A DNA stretch of 64,000 bases from an uncultured Candidatus Rokubacteria bacterium (GTDB lineage Bacteria; Methylomirabilota; Methylomirabilia; Rokubacteriales; CSP1-6): NCBI GenBank assembly GCA_963747235.1, contig CAVVEU010000020.1, positions 64,001-128,000 of the forward strand, written 5' to 3'. Below are positions 30,475 to 40,716 of the stretch, in pieces. The notes under the pieces were generated by a model. The model saw only the letters and a list, made by a program, of their open reading frames with translations, searched no databases and was not told the origin of the DNA. Position 1 is the first letter of the stretch. Each line of letters begins with the position of its first letter. The translations under genes and the position numbers were made by a program.

Positions 30475-32836
30475 TTACTTCCTGGATTTGGCGGCCTGAG
30501 CGGTTTTCCAGACCCGCTCCGGCGTGAGTGGCATGGCGTCGATGTGGTCCACGCCGAGCCCCGACAGGGCGTCCACCACCGCGTTGACCACCGCCGGCGT
30601 CGAGGCGATCGTGCCCGTCTCGCCCGCTCCCTTGACGCCGAGCGGGTTCACGAGCGTGGGCGTCTCGGTGCGGTCGGTCTCGTAGAACGGCAGCATGTCC
30701 GCCTTGGGGAGCGTGTAGTCCATCATGCTCCCGCTGACGAGCTGCCCGGAGGCCTTGTCGTACACCGCCTCCTCCCAGAGCGCCTGCGCCACGCCCTGGG
30801 CGATGCCCCCGTGGACCATGCCGTCCACGATCATCGGGTTGATCACGTTGCCGACGTCGTCCACCGCGACGTAACGAAGGATCTTCACGTGGCCGGTGTC
30901 CGGATCCACCTCGACCATGCAGGCGTGGGCGCCGAACGGGAAGCAGAAGTTGGACGGGTCGTAGAAGCTCGTCTCCTCGAGACCCGGCTCCACGCCCTCC
31001 GGATAGTTGTGCGGCACGTACGCGGTGAGCGCGACCTGGCCGAACGGGATCGCCTTCTCGGGCGAGCCCTTGACCACGAACTGGCCGTTGACGTACTCCA
31101 TGTCCTTCGGATTCGCCTCGAGGAGGTGGGCGGCGATCTTCTTGCCCTTCTCCTTGATCTTGTCGAGCGACATCACGATGGCGGTGCCGCCCACCGAGGC
31201 CGAGCGGCTGCCGTAGGTGCCCATGCCGAACGGCACGCGGCCGGTGTCGCCGTGCACGATCTCGATGTCGTCCATCGGGATGCCGAGGGAGTCGGCCACG
31301 ATCTGGGCCATGGTGGTCTCGTGCCCCTGCCCGTGCGAGTGGGAGCCGGTGAACACGCTGACCTTGCCGGTGGGATGCACCTGGACCTTGCCGGACTCCC
31401 AGAGACCCGCCTGGGCGCCGAGCGAGCCCACGACCTTGGAGGGCGCGATGCTGCAGGCCTCGATGTAGGTCGAGAAGCCGATGCCCATCAGCCGGCCCTG
31501 CGCGCGCGCCGCCGCCTGGTCGGCCCGGAACTTCTTGTAGTCGATCATGCCGAGCAGCTTGTCGAGGGCGCCCAGGTAGTTGCCGCTGTCGTAGGACAGC
31601 GCGACCTTGGTCTGGTAGCCGTCGGAGAACTTCGGGATGAAGTTCTTCTTCCGGATGTCCACCGGGTCCATCTTGAGCGCGGCCGCCGCGGCGTCCACCA
31701 TCCGCTCGAGCAGGTAGCAGGCCTCGGGCCGTCCGGCCCCGCGGTAGGCGTCCACCGGCGTGGTGTTGGTGAAGACGCCGGTGACCTCCGCGTGGATCGC
31801 GGGCCACTCGTACACTCCGTTGAGCAGCGTGGCGTACAGATACGTCGGCACCGCCGGCGCGAACGTCGAGAGATAGGCGCCCAGGTTGGCGGTGGTCTTC
31901 ACGCGCAGGCCCAGGAACTTGCCGTCCTTGGCGAGCGCGATCTCGGCGTCGGTCACGTGGTCGCGCCCGTGGGCGTCGGTCTGGAAGGCCTCGCGGCGCG
32001 AGGAGGTCCAGCGGATCGGCCGCTTGATCTGCTTGGTCGCCCAGGTGCAGACCGTCTCCTCGTTGTAGAGGAAGATCTTGGAGCCGAAGGCCGCCGCCCA
32101 CGTCGGGCGCGATCACCCGCACCTTGTGCTCGGGGATGCCCAGCACGAACGCGGTCATGAGCAGCCGGTGCACGTGCGGGTTCTGCGAGGTGACCCAGAG
32201 CGTCCAGTCGCCGGTGGAATCGTCGTAGCGCGCCACGCAGGCCCGCGGCTCCATGGCATTGGCCACCAGGCGCTGGTTGATGATCCGCTTCTTCACGACG
32301 ACCGGCGCCGCCTTGAAGGCGGCCTCGGTGGCCGCCGCGTCGCCGATCTGCCACTTGAAGGCCTCGTTGCTCGGGGCCACCTCGTGGATCTGCGGCGAGC
32401 CCTTGGCGGCCGCCTTCTCGGTGTCCGTCACCGAGGGCAGGACTTCCCAGTCCACCACCACCATCTCGGCCGCGTCGCTCGCCGCCGACTGGCTCTCCGC
32501 GATCACGATGGCCACCGGGTCCCCCACGTAGCGGGCGGCGTCGGAGGCGAGCGGCATGTGGGCCGGGATCTTCAGCTCGGGCAGGAGCCAGCCGCAGGGC
32601 AGCGAGTTCACCCCGGTCATGTCCTTGCCGGTGAAGATCGCCACGACGCCCGGCGCCTTCGACGCCTTGGCGATGTCGATCTTGCGGATCTTCGCGTTGG
32701 CGTGCGGGCTGCGCACGAAGAACGCGTGGGTCATGCCGGCCAGCTTCAGGTCGTCGGTGTAGTTGCCCTTGCCGGTGATGAACCGGGGATCCTCACGTCG
32801 TTTGATGCTCGCGCCGAGCAGCCGGGCGGTGGCCAT
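30475..32836 (-). CDS. coxL: Molybdenum hydroxylase large subunit, form-II CoxL-like (frameshift near 32090)
   Basis: [22 protein letters not shown](FGSK), active-site loop [31 protein letters not shown]. Confidence 0.9.
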
Positions 32837-32845
32837 GGTCGCGCC

Positions 32846-33319
32846 TCACTTCCCCGCCATCTTCTCGGCGGCGTACTGGATGGCCTTGACGATGTTGTGG
32901 TAGCCGGTGCAGCGGCACAGGTTGCCTTCCAGATCGTGGCGGATCTGCGCCTCGGTCGGCCGCGGGTTGCGCTGCAGCATCTGGTGGGCGGACATGATCA
33001 TGCCCGGCGTGCAGAAGCCGCACTGCAGGCCATGCTTCTCCCAGAAGGCGTCCTGGATCGGGTGGAGCTTGCCGTCCTTGGCGAGCCCCTCGATCGTGAG
33101 GACCTGGGCGCCGTCGCACTGCACCGCGAGCAGCGTGCACGACTTCACGGCCACGCCGTTGACGTGCACCGTACAGGCGCCGCACTGGCTCGTGTCGCAC
33201 CCGACGTGCGTGCCGGTCAGGCCCGCCTGCTCCCGGATGTAGTGCACGAGCAGCAGCCGCGGCTCGACTTCGTGGGACTGGGGAGCACCGTTGATCGTCA
33301 TCGACACGGTCTTTTTCAC
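32846..33319 (-). CDS. coxS: [2Fe-2S] small subunit of the molybdenum hydroxylase
   Basis: [37 protein letters not shown] before the GTG. Confidence 0.93.
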   Translation of the reverse strand: MKKTVSMTINGAPQSHEVEPRLLLVHYIREQAGLTGTHVGCDTSQCGACTVHVNGVAVKSCTLLAVQCDGAQVLTIEGLAKDGKLHPIQDAFWEKHGLQCGFCTPGMIMSAHQMLQRNPRPTEAQIRHDLEGNLCRCTGYHNIVKAIQYAAEKMAGK

Positions 33320-33393
33320 CGCGCAACCTCCTGAGTGATAAGGGTCCGAGGCCGGGAAAGCGCCCCCAACCGTATGCCGGGCCGGGGACGGTG

Positions 33394-34581
33394 TCAAGGG
33401 GTGGTGAGGAGTCGCCGGCCCTCGACGCGCGCCTGCTCGAGCACCTCCCGCACCGGGAGGCCTCGGTCCCGCGCGATGCGGCGCACTTCCTCGAATTCCG
33501 GGGTGACCGTGACCACCCGGCCCTCGAGCCGGGAGACCTTGAAGGTCACCGGCCCGTAGGCGGTGTCCAGACGCACCATCTCGCGCTCGAGGCGGCTGCG
33601 CTGGTACGCGGTCCAGCGCACGCCGATGGTGGAGGACTCCTCGAAGAGGAGCCGCGAGAGGTCGGCGACCCGCCCCGGCTCGCAGAGGGCGGTCAGGACC
33701 ACGCCCGGGCGGCTGCGCTTCATGATGACCGGGGTGAGCCAGACGTCCAGCGCGCCGGCCTCGAGGAGCCGCTCCAGCAGGGGCTCGTAGAGCTGGGGCG
33801 ACATGTCGTCCACGGTGGTCTCGACCTGCATGATGGTCTCGGTGGGCGTGGCCCCTGCGGCTGCCTCGGCCTCGCCCAGGAAGAGCCGCAGCACGTTGGG
33901 CGTCTGGAGATCCATGGTGCCGGCGCCGTAACCGACCGCGGTCACTCGCATGGCCGGCATCGTCCCGGCTCCCACCGCGAGCGTCGTGAGGATCGCGGCC
34001 CCGGTCGGGGTGACCAGCTCGCGGCGGATGCCGGTGTCGAGCGTCGGGAAGCCCTTGAGCAGCTCGGCGGTGGCGGGGCCGGGTACCGGCATGCGGCCGT
34101 GCGGGCCCTCCACGAAGCCGCCGCCCACCGGCAGGGCGCTCACGTGCACGGCGTCCACGCCGAGCAGGTGGAGGCCGATGCACGCGCCGGTGACGTCCAC
34201 GATGGCGTCCACCGCGCCCACGTCGTGGAACTGCACGCGCTCCGGCGTGGTGCCGTGCACCCGCGCCTCCGCCTCGGCCAGGCGCTGGAAGATGCGCGAG
34301 GCCATGTCCCGCACCGCCGGCGCCAGGCGGCTGCGCTCCAGGATGTCGAGGATCTCGCGGAGCCCGCGATGGCCCGCCTCGTGGTGGCCGAGCGCCACCT
34401 CCACCTTGGTGGCCCGGAAGCCCGCCTTGATGACCTCGCGGCGCTCGAGCCGGTAGCCCTGCACGCCGAGCCCGTCCAGCTCGCGCGCGAGCGCCTCGAA
34501 CGGCGCGCCCGCGTCCACCAGCGCGCCCAGGATCATGTCCCCGGACGCCCCGCTCGGGCAGTCGAAGTAAGCCAGGCGCAT
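33394..34581 (-). CDS. larC: Nickel-pincer cofactor biosynthesis nickel insertase LarC
   Basis: [68 protein letters not shown]. Confidence 0.92.
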   Translation of the reverse strand: MRLAYFDCPSGASGDMILGALVDAGAPFEALARELDGLGVQGYRLERREVIKAGFRATKVEVALGHHEAGHRGLREILDILERSRLAPAVRDMASRIFQRLAEAEARVHGTTPERVQFHDVGAVDAIVDVTGACIGLHLLGVDAVHVSALPVGGGFVEGPHGRMPVPGPATAELLKGFPTLDTGIRRELVTPTGAAILTTLAVGAGTMPAMRVTAVGYGAGTMDLQTPNVLRLFLGEAEAAAGATPTETIMQVETTVDDMSPQLYEPLLERLLEAGALDVWLTPVIMKRSRPGVVLTALCEPGRVADLSRLLFEESSTIGVRWTAYQRSRLEREMVRLDTAYGPVTFKVSRLEGRVVTVTPEFEEVRRIARDRGLPVREVLEQARVEGRRLLTTP

Positions 34582-34587
34582 GCGGGG

Positions 34588-35346
34588 TTAGCGGAGCTTG
34601 GAGGCGAGCTTGTTGATCTGGTTCGCCTGCGCGGCGGCCCCGTAGCCGTTGTCGATGTTGACGACGGAGACACCGGGGGCGCAGGAGTTCAGCATGGCGA
34701 GCAGCGCGGCCACGCCGCCGAAGGAGGCGCCGTAGCCCACGCTGGTGGGCACCGCGATCACCGGGCGATCCACCAGCCCGCCGAGCACGCTCGGGAGCGC
34801 GCCTTCCATGCCGGCCACCGCGATGATGGCGTTGGCCTCGTTGAGGCGGTCCAGATGCGGCACCAGCCGGTGGAGACCCGCCACGCCGCAGTCGAACACC
34901 CGCTCGACATGGTTGCCCATCGCCTCCGCGGTGACCGCGGCCTCCTCGGCCACCGGCTGATCGGAGGTGCCCGCGCTGACGACCACGATGAGCCCGACGC
35001 CCTCGCGCGCCACCGGCTTGATCACGACGAGGCGCGCGGCCTCGTGCACCTGGCACGGCAGCCCGCTCGCGAGCAGCGCGACCACCACCGCGGGCTCGGC
35101 GCGCGTGGCGAGCACGTTGTCGTGCGCCTCGGCGAGCCGCCGGACGATCGCCACCACCTGCTCCGGCGTCTTGCCCTGGCAGAAGACGGCCTCGGGTACG
35201 CCGTGCCGCAGCGAGCGGTGGAGATCCACGCGGGCGAAGCGCAGGTCCTCGACCGGCAGCGCGCGGAGGCGGGCCAGCGCCTGATCGGGCGCCATCGCGC
35301 CGGCCGCGACGGCCTCCAGCAGCGCTCTTACTTTTTCCCGATCCAC
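34588..35346 (-). CDS. larB: Nickel-pincer cofactor biosynthesis carboxylase/hydrolase LarB
   Basis: [66 protein letters not shown]. Confidence 0.92.
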   Translation of the reverse strand: MDREKVRALLEAVAAGAMAPDQALARLRALPVEDLRFARVDLHRSLRHGVPEAVFCQGKTPEQVVAIVRRLAEAHDNVLATRAEPAVVVALLASGLPCQVHEAARLVVIKPVAREGVGLIVVVSAGTSDQPVAEEAAVTAEAMGNHVERVFDCGVAGLHRLVPHLDRLNEANAIIAVAGMEGALPSVLGGLVDRPVIAVPTSVGYGASFGGVAALLAMLNSCAPGVSVVNIDNGYGAAAQANQINKLASKLR

Positions 35347-36161
35347 TTCAGTGCCTCGTTGGCGCTGCCGCTGCGGAAGCCCTGCAGGTCGAGCGTGACG
35401 TAGAGATAGCCCAGCTCGCGGAAGCGCCGGACGATCGCGCCGTGCCGGTCCTCCTCCCAGAGGCGCGGCATCTCCTCCGGCACCAGCTCGAGGCGGGCCA
35501 GGCGGTCGTGATGGCGCACCCGGAACTGGCGGAAGCCCAGGCTCCGCACGAAGGACTCCGCGTCGTCGATGCGGCGGAGCTTCTCGGCGGTGATGGGGTC
35601 GCCGTACTGGAAGCGGGACGAGAGGCACGCGAAGGAGGGCTTGTCCCAGGTCGGCAGCCCGAGCTCCTTCGAGAGCGCCCGGATCTCCTCCTTCCAGAGC
35701 GCGGCTTCGATGAGCGGGGCGCGCACGCCGCGCGCTTCCGCGGCCTTCATGCCGGGCCGGTGATCGCCCAGGTCGTCCATGTTGGCGCCGTAGATGACCT
35801 GCGCGGTGCCCGCGGCCTGCGCGATCGGCTCGAGCCGCGTGAAGAGCTCCTCCTTGCAGTGGAAGCACCGGTCGGGCGCGTTCCGCGCGTACTCCGGCCG
35901 GTCGAGCTCGCGGGTGCGGATGACCTCCTGGCGCATGCCGAGCAGGGCGGCCAGCCGCCGCGTCTCCTCGAGCTCGGCGGCCGGGTAGGTCTCGGAGTCG
36001 GCGGTCACCAGGGTCGCGCCGTCGCCGAGGGCGTCCTTGGCGGCCCGCGCGAGGAAGGTCGAGTCCACGCCGCCGGAGAAGGCCACGATCACGCGGGTCA
36101 TCCCGCGCAGGAGGTCCACCAGCCGATCGTACTTGGCGTCGAGCGTGGTCTGATCCGCCAT
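35328..36161 (-). CDS. larE: ATP-dependent sulfur transferase LarE
   Basis: PP-loop [48 protein letters not shown]. Confidence 0.92.
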   Translation of the reverse strand: MADQTTLDAKYDRLVDLLRGMTRVIVAFSGGVDSTFLARAAKDALGDGATLVTADSETYPAAELEETRRLAALLGMRQEVIRTRELDRPEYARNAPDRCFHCKEELFTRLEPIAQAAGTAQVIYGANMDDLGDHRPGMKAAEARGVRAPLIEAALWKEEIRALSKELGLPTWDKPSFACLSSRFQYGDPITAEKLRRIDDAESFVRSLGFRQFRVRHHDRLARLELVPEEMPRLWEEDRHGAIVRRFRELGYLYVTLDLQGFRSGSANEALKWIGKK

Positions 36162-36170
36162 CGCGTGCCC

Positions 36171-37167
36171 CTACCCGAGAATCGATCCCGCGAGCTGCGC
36201 CAGCGGCACCATCGGCCGCGCGCCCACGTGCGCGATGACCTCCGCGGCGGCCAGCGAGCCGAGACGCCCGCACGTCGGCAGGTCGAGGCCCTGGCTGAGC
36301 CCGTAGAGCACACCGGCCGCGTAGAGATCGCCCGCGCCCGTCGTGTCCACCACCGCGGTGACCGGGTGCACGGCCACCGGGTGCGCCCGGCCCCTGCCCA
36401 GGATCACCGAGCCCTTCTCGCTCCGGGTGAGCGCGGCGATCTCGCAGTGCCCGCGCACGCGCGGCCAGCGCTCCGTCGAAGTCGCCGACCTCGTACAGCG
36501 CGCAGATCTCCGCCTCGTTGGCGAAGAGGATGTCCACGTGATGCTCGACCAGGTCGAGGAAGGCCTTGCGGTGCCGCCCCACGCAGAAGGGATCCGACAG
36601 CGTGAGCGAGACCTTGCGGCCGGCGGCGTGCGCGATGGCCGCCGCGGCCCGGAACGCCTCCTGGGCCTCGGGCGGATCGAAGAGGTAGCCCTCGAGGTAG
36701 AGGATCTTGCCACGCGTGATCAGTCCCTCGTCGATGTCGGCGGGGCCGAGCCGCACCGACGCGCCGAGGAACGTGCTCATGGTGCGCTGGGCGTCGGGCG
36801 TGACCAGGATGAGGCAGCGCCCGGTGGGCGGGCCGTCGGTGGCGCGCGGCGTGTCGTAGCCCACGCCGGTGGCGCGCAGGTCGTGCCCGAACACCTCGCC
36901 GAGCTGGTCGTCGCGGACCTTGCCGACGTAGTGCGCGCGCCCGCCGAAGGACGCCACGCCGACCACCGTGTTGGCGGCCGAGCCCCCCGACATCTCGATC
37001 CCGGGCCCCATCGCGTCGTAGAGCTCGCGGGCGCGCGGCTCGTCCACCAGGTGCATGGTCCCCTTGGCCAGGCCCTGGCGCGCGAGGAACCCGTCCTCCG
37101 CGTGGGTCAGCACGTCCACCAGCGCGTTGCCGATGCCGACGACGTCGAGCTCGCCTCGATCAGCCAC
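36171..37167 (-). CDS. PfkB-family (adenosine kinase-like) kinase (frameshift near 36465)
   Basis: VVGIGNALVD, SGGSAANT, TPDAQRTM, LEGYLFD, FANEAE, VDTTGAGDLYAAG. Confidence 0.88.
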
Positions 37168-38071
37168 GGCGTCCCTTGCCCTTCGGCGGGAAGTAGCGAT
37201 CGAGCAGCAGGCCGAGCCGCTTGCGGGTGCGCGGCGGGAACGCCTTCGGAGAGGTGATCACCGCGCTGGCGAGCGCGTCGCCGCAGCCCGCGCCGCAGGT
37301 CTTGCCCACCCGCGGGATGACGCGCTTGAGCACGACCTTCGCGGTGGCCACGTTCTTCTGCAGGTTGGCCACGACCGCCTCCACCGTCACCGCCGCGTGG
37401 CTCTCGTGCCACACGTCGTAGTCGGTGGCGAGCGCCAGCGTGGCGTAGCAGAGCTCGGCCTCGCGGGCCAGCTTGGCCTCCGGCATGTTGGTCATCCCGA
37501 TCACCGACACGCCCCACCGGCGGTAGATCTGCGACTCGCCCTTGGTGGAGAACTGCGGCCCCTCGATGCAGATGTAGGTGCCGCCGCGGTGCACCCGCGC
37601 GCCCGCCTCCCGGCTCCCGGTCTCGAGCAGGTCGCCCAGCGCCGGGCAGACCGGCTCGGCCATGCCGACGTGGCCGACGATGCCGTCGCCGAAGAAGGTC
37701 GAGACGCGGCGCTTGGTGTGATCGTAGAACTGGTCGGGGATCACGAGATCCAGCGGGTGGATCTCCTCCTTCATGCTGCCGACCGCGCTCACCGAGATGA
37801 TCCACCGGACGCCCAGGGCCTTGAGCCCGTAGATATTGGCGCGGTAGTTGATCTCGCTGGGCGTGACCCGGTGGCCGCGGCCGTGGCGCGGCAGGAAGAT
37901 CACGCGGCGGTCGCCGAGCCGGCCCGTGCAGTAGGCGTCCGACGGATCGCCGAACGGCGTGCGCACGCGCACCCAGCGGAGGTCCTCGATCCCCTCCATC
38001 TCGTAGAGCCCGCTGCCTCCGATGATGCCCAGCGCGGGCTCGCCGCCCGCCTCGGCCCTGGCCGCGCTCAT
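37160..38071 (-). CDS. mtnP: S-methyl-5'-thioadenosine phosphorylase
   Basis: GIIGGSGLY, TPFGDPSD, LPRHG, INYRANI, EGPQFST, GMTNMPEAKLAREAE, TDYD. Confidence 0.92.
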   Translation of the reverse strand: MSAARAEAGGEPALGIIGGSGLYEMEGIEDLRWVRVRTPFGDPSDAYCTGRLGDRRVIFLPRHGRGHRVTPSEINYRANIYGLKALGVRWIISVSAVGSMKEEIHPLDLVIPDQFYDHTKRRVSTFFGDGIVGHVGMAEPVCPALGDLLETGSREAGARVHRGGTYICIEGPQFSTKGESQIYRRWGVSVIGMTNMPEAKLAREAELCYATLALATDYDVWHESHAAVTVEAVVANLQKNVATAKVVLKRVIPRVGKTCGAGCGDALASAVITSPKAFPPRTRKRLGLLLDRYFPPKGKGRRG

Positions 38072-39394
38072 GCGCCGATCTCCTCGAGAACCCCGTGGGT
38101 GCGGTCCGCGCGGGCCTCCGTGATCGTGAGCGGCACGACCCGGCGGCCGAGCGTGTCGGGGCCTTCGAAGAGCACCTCGACGTAGTTGTCGGTGAGGCCC
38201 GCGAGGAGCCCGGTGCGCCGATCGCGCGCGGCGAGCACCGTCGCCTCGCGCCGGCGGCCGACCAGCCCGCGGCGGAAGGCCAGGCTCTTCCGGGCGCCCA
38301 GCCGGCGCAGCCGCCCGCTCCGCTCGTGGATCACCGCCGGCGCCACGTGATCGGGCCGGCGCGCCGCCTCGGTCCCGGTCCGGTCCGAGTAGGCGAAGAC
38401 GTGGAGCGACGAGAACGGCAGCGCCTCGACGAAGCGCATCGTCGCCTCGAAGTCCTCCGCGGTCTCGCCCGGATGTCCCACGATGACGTCGGCGCCGAGG
38501 CCCAGGTCTGGAATCGCGGCGGCGAGCCGGTCCACCAGGGCCCGGTACATGGCGGTGTGGTAGGGCCGCCGCATCAGGCGCAGCACGCGATCGCTCCCGC
38601 TCTGGAGCGGCAGGTGCAGGTGCGGCGCCATCACCGGCAGTGTCGTCACCGCGTCGAACAGCTCGGGCGTGAAGTAGGACGGCAGCACCGAGGAGAGCCG
38701 CAGCCGGCGGAGTCCGTCCACCTCCGCGAGCTCCCGGAGCAGCGCGGCCAGCGTGGTGCGCGGGTAGCAATCCCAGCCGTAGTGGCCGATGTCCACCCCG
38801 GTGAGCGTGACGTCGAGGTAGCCGGCGGCCACGAGGGTCCGCACCTGGTCGAGCGCGACCTTGGGCTCCTGGCTCCGGCTCCGCCCGCGCGCGGCCGGCA
38901 CGATGCAGAAGGCGCAGCGGTGCTGGCAGCCGTCCTGGATCTTCACGAAGCCGCGCGAGCGGCCGGCCACCCGGCGCGACGGGCGCGATCGGGATCTCGC
39001 GCGCTCCGCCGATGTCGGCCACCGCCACCTCGGGCCGCGCCCGCCTGGTGAGCGAGCCGAGCAGCTCGGGCAGGCGGTACTTCTCCTGGTTGCCCACGAC
39101 CAGGTCCACCCCGGCGATCGCGGCGACCGCCCGCGGGTCGGTCTGAGCGAAGCAGCCGGTCACGACCAGATAGGCGTCCGGGTTCTCGCGGGCGACGCGG
39201 CGGATGAGCTGGCGATCGGAGAAGTCCGCGCGCCCGGTCACGGTGCAGGTGTTGATCACGTACACCTGCGCGGCGGCCTCGGGCTCGACGACCCGGAAGC
39301 CGCGCCCTTCCAGCAGCGCGCCGATCTCCCGGGACTCGACCTGGTTGAGGCGGCAGCCGAGGGTGGCCAGCGCCACCGTCACCGGCGCGGTCAT
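38068..39394 (-). CDS. mtaB: tRNA methylthiotransferase MtaB-like (frameshift near 38975)
   Basis: TLGCRLNQVES, INTCTVT, VTGCFAQ, KIQDGCQHRCAFC radical SAM motif, HLHLPLQSG. Confidence 0.88.
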
Positions 39395-40428
39395 GCCGGG
39401 ACCGTCGCCTCGCGGAGCTGGCCGCAGGCGGCGCCGATGTCCTCGCCCTTGCTCCACCGGACCGTCGCCCGGATGCCGTGCTCGAGCAGCACGGTCTGGA
39501 AGTCGAGGATCCGCGCCATCGGAGGCCGCGCGAAGCTCGAGCCCTCCCAGTCGTTGAACGGGATCAGGTTGATCTTGCCGCGGATGCCCTTGAGCAGCTT
39601 GACCAGGCGGCGCGCGTCCTCGACCGAGTCGTTGACGTCCTCGAGCAGCACGTACTCGAAGGTCATGCGCTGGCGGAACGGCAGCGGGAAGCGGCGGCAC
39701 GCGGCGAGCAATTCCTCGATCGCGAAGCCCTTGTTGACCGGCATGATCCGGTCGCGGATCTCGTTGCTGGTGGCGTGGAGCGAGACCGCCAGGTTGACCC
39801 GGAGGTTCTCCTTGGCCAGCCGCTCGATGCCGGTCACGAGCCCCACCGTGGAGACCGTGATGCGCCGGGGCGAGAAGGCGAAGGCCTGCGGGTCGGTCAG
39901 CAGGCGCAGCGACTTCACGGTGGCGGTGTAGTTGGCGAGGGGCTCGCCCATGCCCATGTAGACGATGTGGGTGATCCGGAGGCCCGCGGCCAGCCCCTCG
40001 CGGGCCGCCATCACCTGGCCCACGATCTCCCCGGCGCTCAGGTTGCGCTCGAGGCCCATCGTGCCGGTGTAGCAGAAGGCGCACGCGAAGCCGCAGCCGA
40101 CCTGGGTGGAGACGCAGAGCGTGAGCCGATCCGCGTCCGGCATCAGCACCGCCTGGACGCGCGCGCCGTCGCCGTAGCGGAGCACGAGCTTCTGGCTGCC
40201 GTCCTGCGACGGGGTGCGCCGCTCGACCTCGGGCACGCCCACGCTCCCCCACGCGGCCAGGGCGGCGCGGAAGTCCTTGGGCAGGTCGGTCATCGCGTCC
40301 AGATCGGTCACGCCCTTGACGAAGATCCACTGGGCGAGCTGGCGCCCCCGATAGCGCGGGGCGCCCAGGGTCTGGGCCAGCTCCTCCATCTCCGTGGGTG
40401 ACAGATCGAGTAGATTCGTCGAGGACAT
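39391..40428 (-). CDS. rlmN: Dual-specificity RNA methyltransferase RlmN
   Basis: CVSTQVGCGFACAFCYTG, MGMGEP, SLHA, NLIPFN, DIGAACGQL. Confidence 0.95.
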   Translation of the reverse strand: MSSTNLLDLSPTEMEELAQTLGAPRYRGRQLAQWIFVKGVTDLDAMTDLPKDFRAALAAWGSVGVPEVERRTPSQDGSQKLVLRYGDGARVQAVLMPDADRLTLCVSTQVGCGFACAFCYTGTMGLERNLSAGEIVGQVMAAREGLAAGLRITHIVYMGMGEPLANYTATVKSLRLLTDPQAFAFSPRRITVSTVGLVTGIERLAKENLRVNLAVSLHATSNEIRDRIMPVNKGFAIEELLAACRRFPLPFRQRMTFEYVLLEDVNDSVEDARRLVKLLKGIRGKINLIPFNDWEGSSFARPPMARILDFQTVLLEHGIRATVRWSKGEDIGAACGQLREATVPA

Positions 40429-40529
40429 ACGCAACGCTGGATGATAGCACACGCGTGCGCGCCCTACCCGGCGCCGCGCCGTCAACCGATCGGCGCGACA
40501 ACGTCGCGCCGGATCGTTGTGCATGGGAC

Positions 40530-40680
40530 AGAAGTGGAACTCACACGCACAATCGGGTAAATGATTACCCGGAAGCGAGCCTTGTCCAATCCCCAAGAAC
40601 GGTGAATGCTTCGTGGATAACCCGGTGGGCTCGTCCGGCTCTCGCACACGATTTCGCGCACTAGGAGCGAGTCGCCTTCT
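40530..40680. ncRNA. Candidate structured non-coding RNA (long imperfect rod); family not recognised
   Basis: Nested complementary pairs AGAAG/CTTCT, ACTC/GAGT, AATCG/CGATT, CCGGA/TCCGG, CGAGCC/GGCTCG, TTGTCCA/TGGATAA in a lower-GC intergenic gap. Confidence 0.35.
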
Positions 40681-40716
40681 TTCGAGGCACTCGGGACTGA
40701 ACGGCGATTCGGTTGC

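Noticed and set aside
29597-32836. 1079-aa CoxL-CoxM fusion ORF
   Set aside because: A frameshift near 32090 explains it. The CoxL C-terminal half is ORF 30475..31956, and coxM has its own SD and ATG.
30475-32836. Bona fide aerobic CO dehydrogenase (form I)
   Set aside because: The active-site loop is AYRGAGR, not AYXCSFR, and the gene order is S-L-M rather than M-S-L.
32846-40501. Long ORFs 32846..35056, 34588..37167 and 37160..40501 as multidomain proteins
   Set aside because: They are chimeras of real genes joined through stop-poor GC-rich off-frames.
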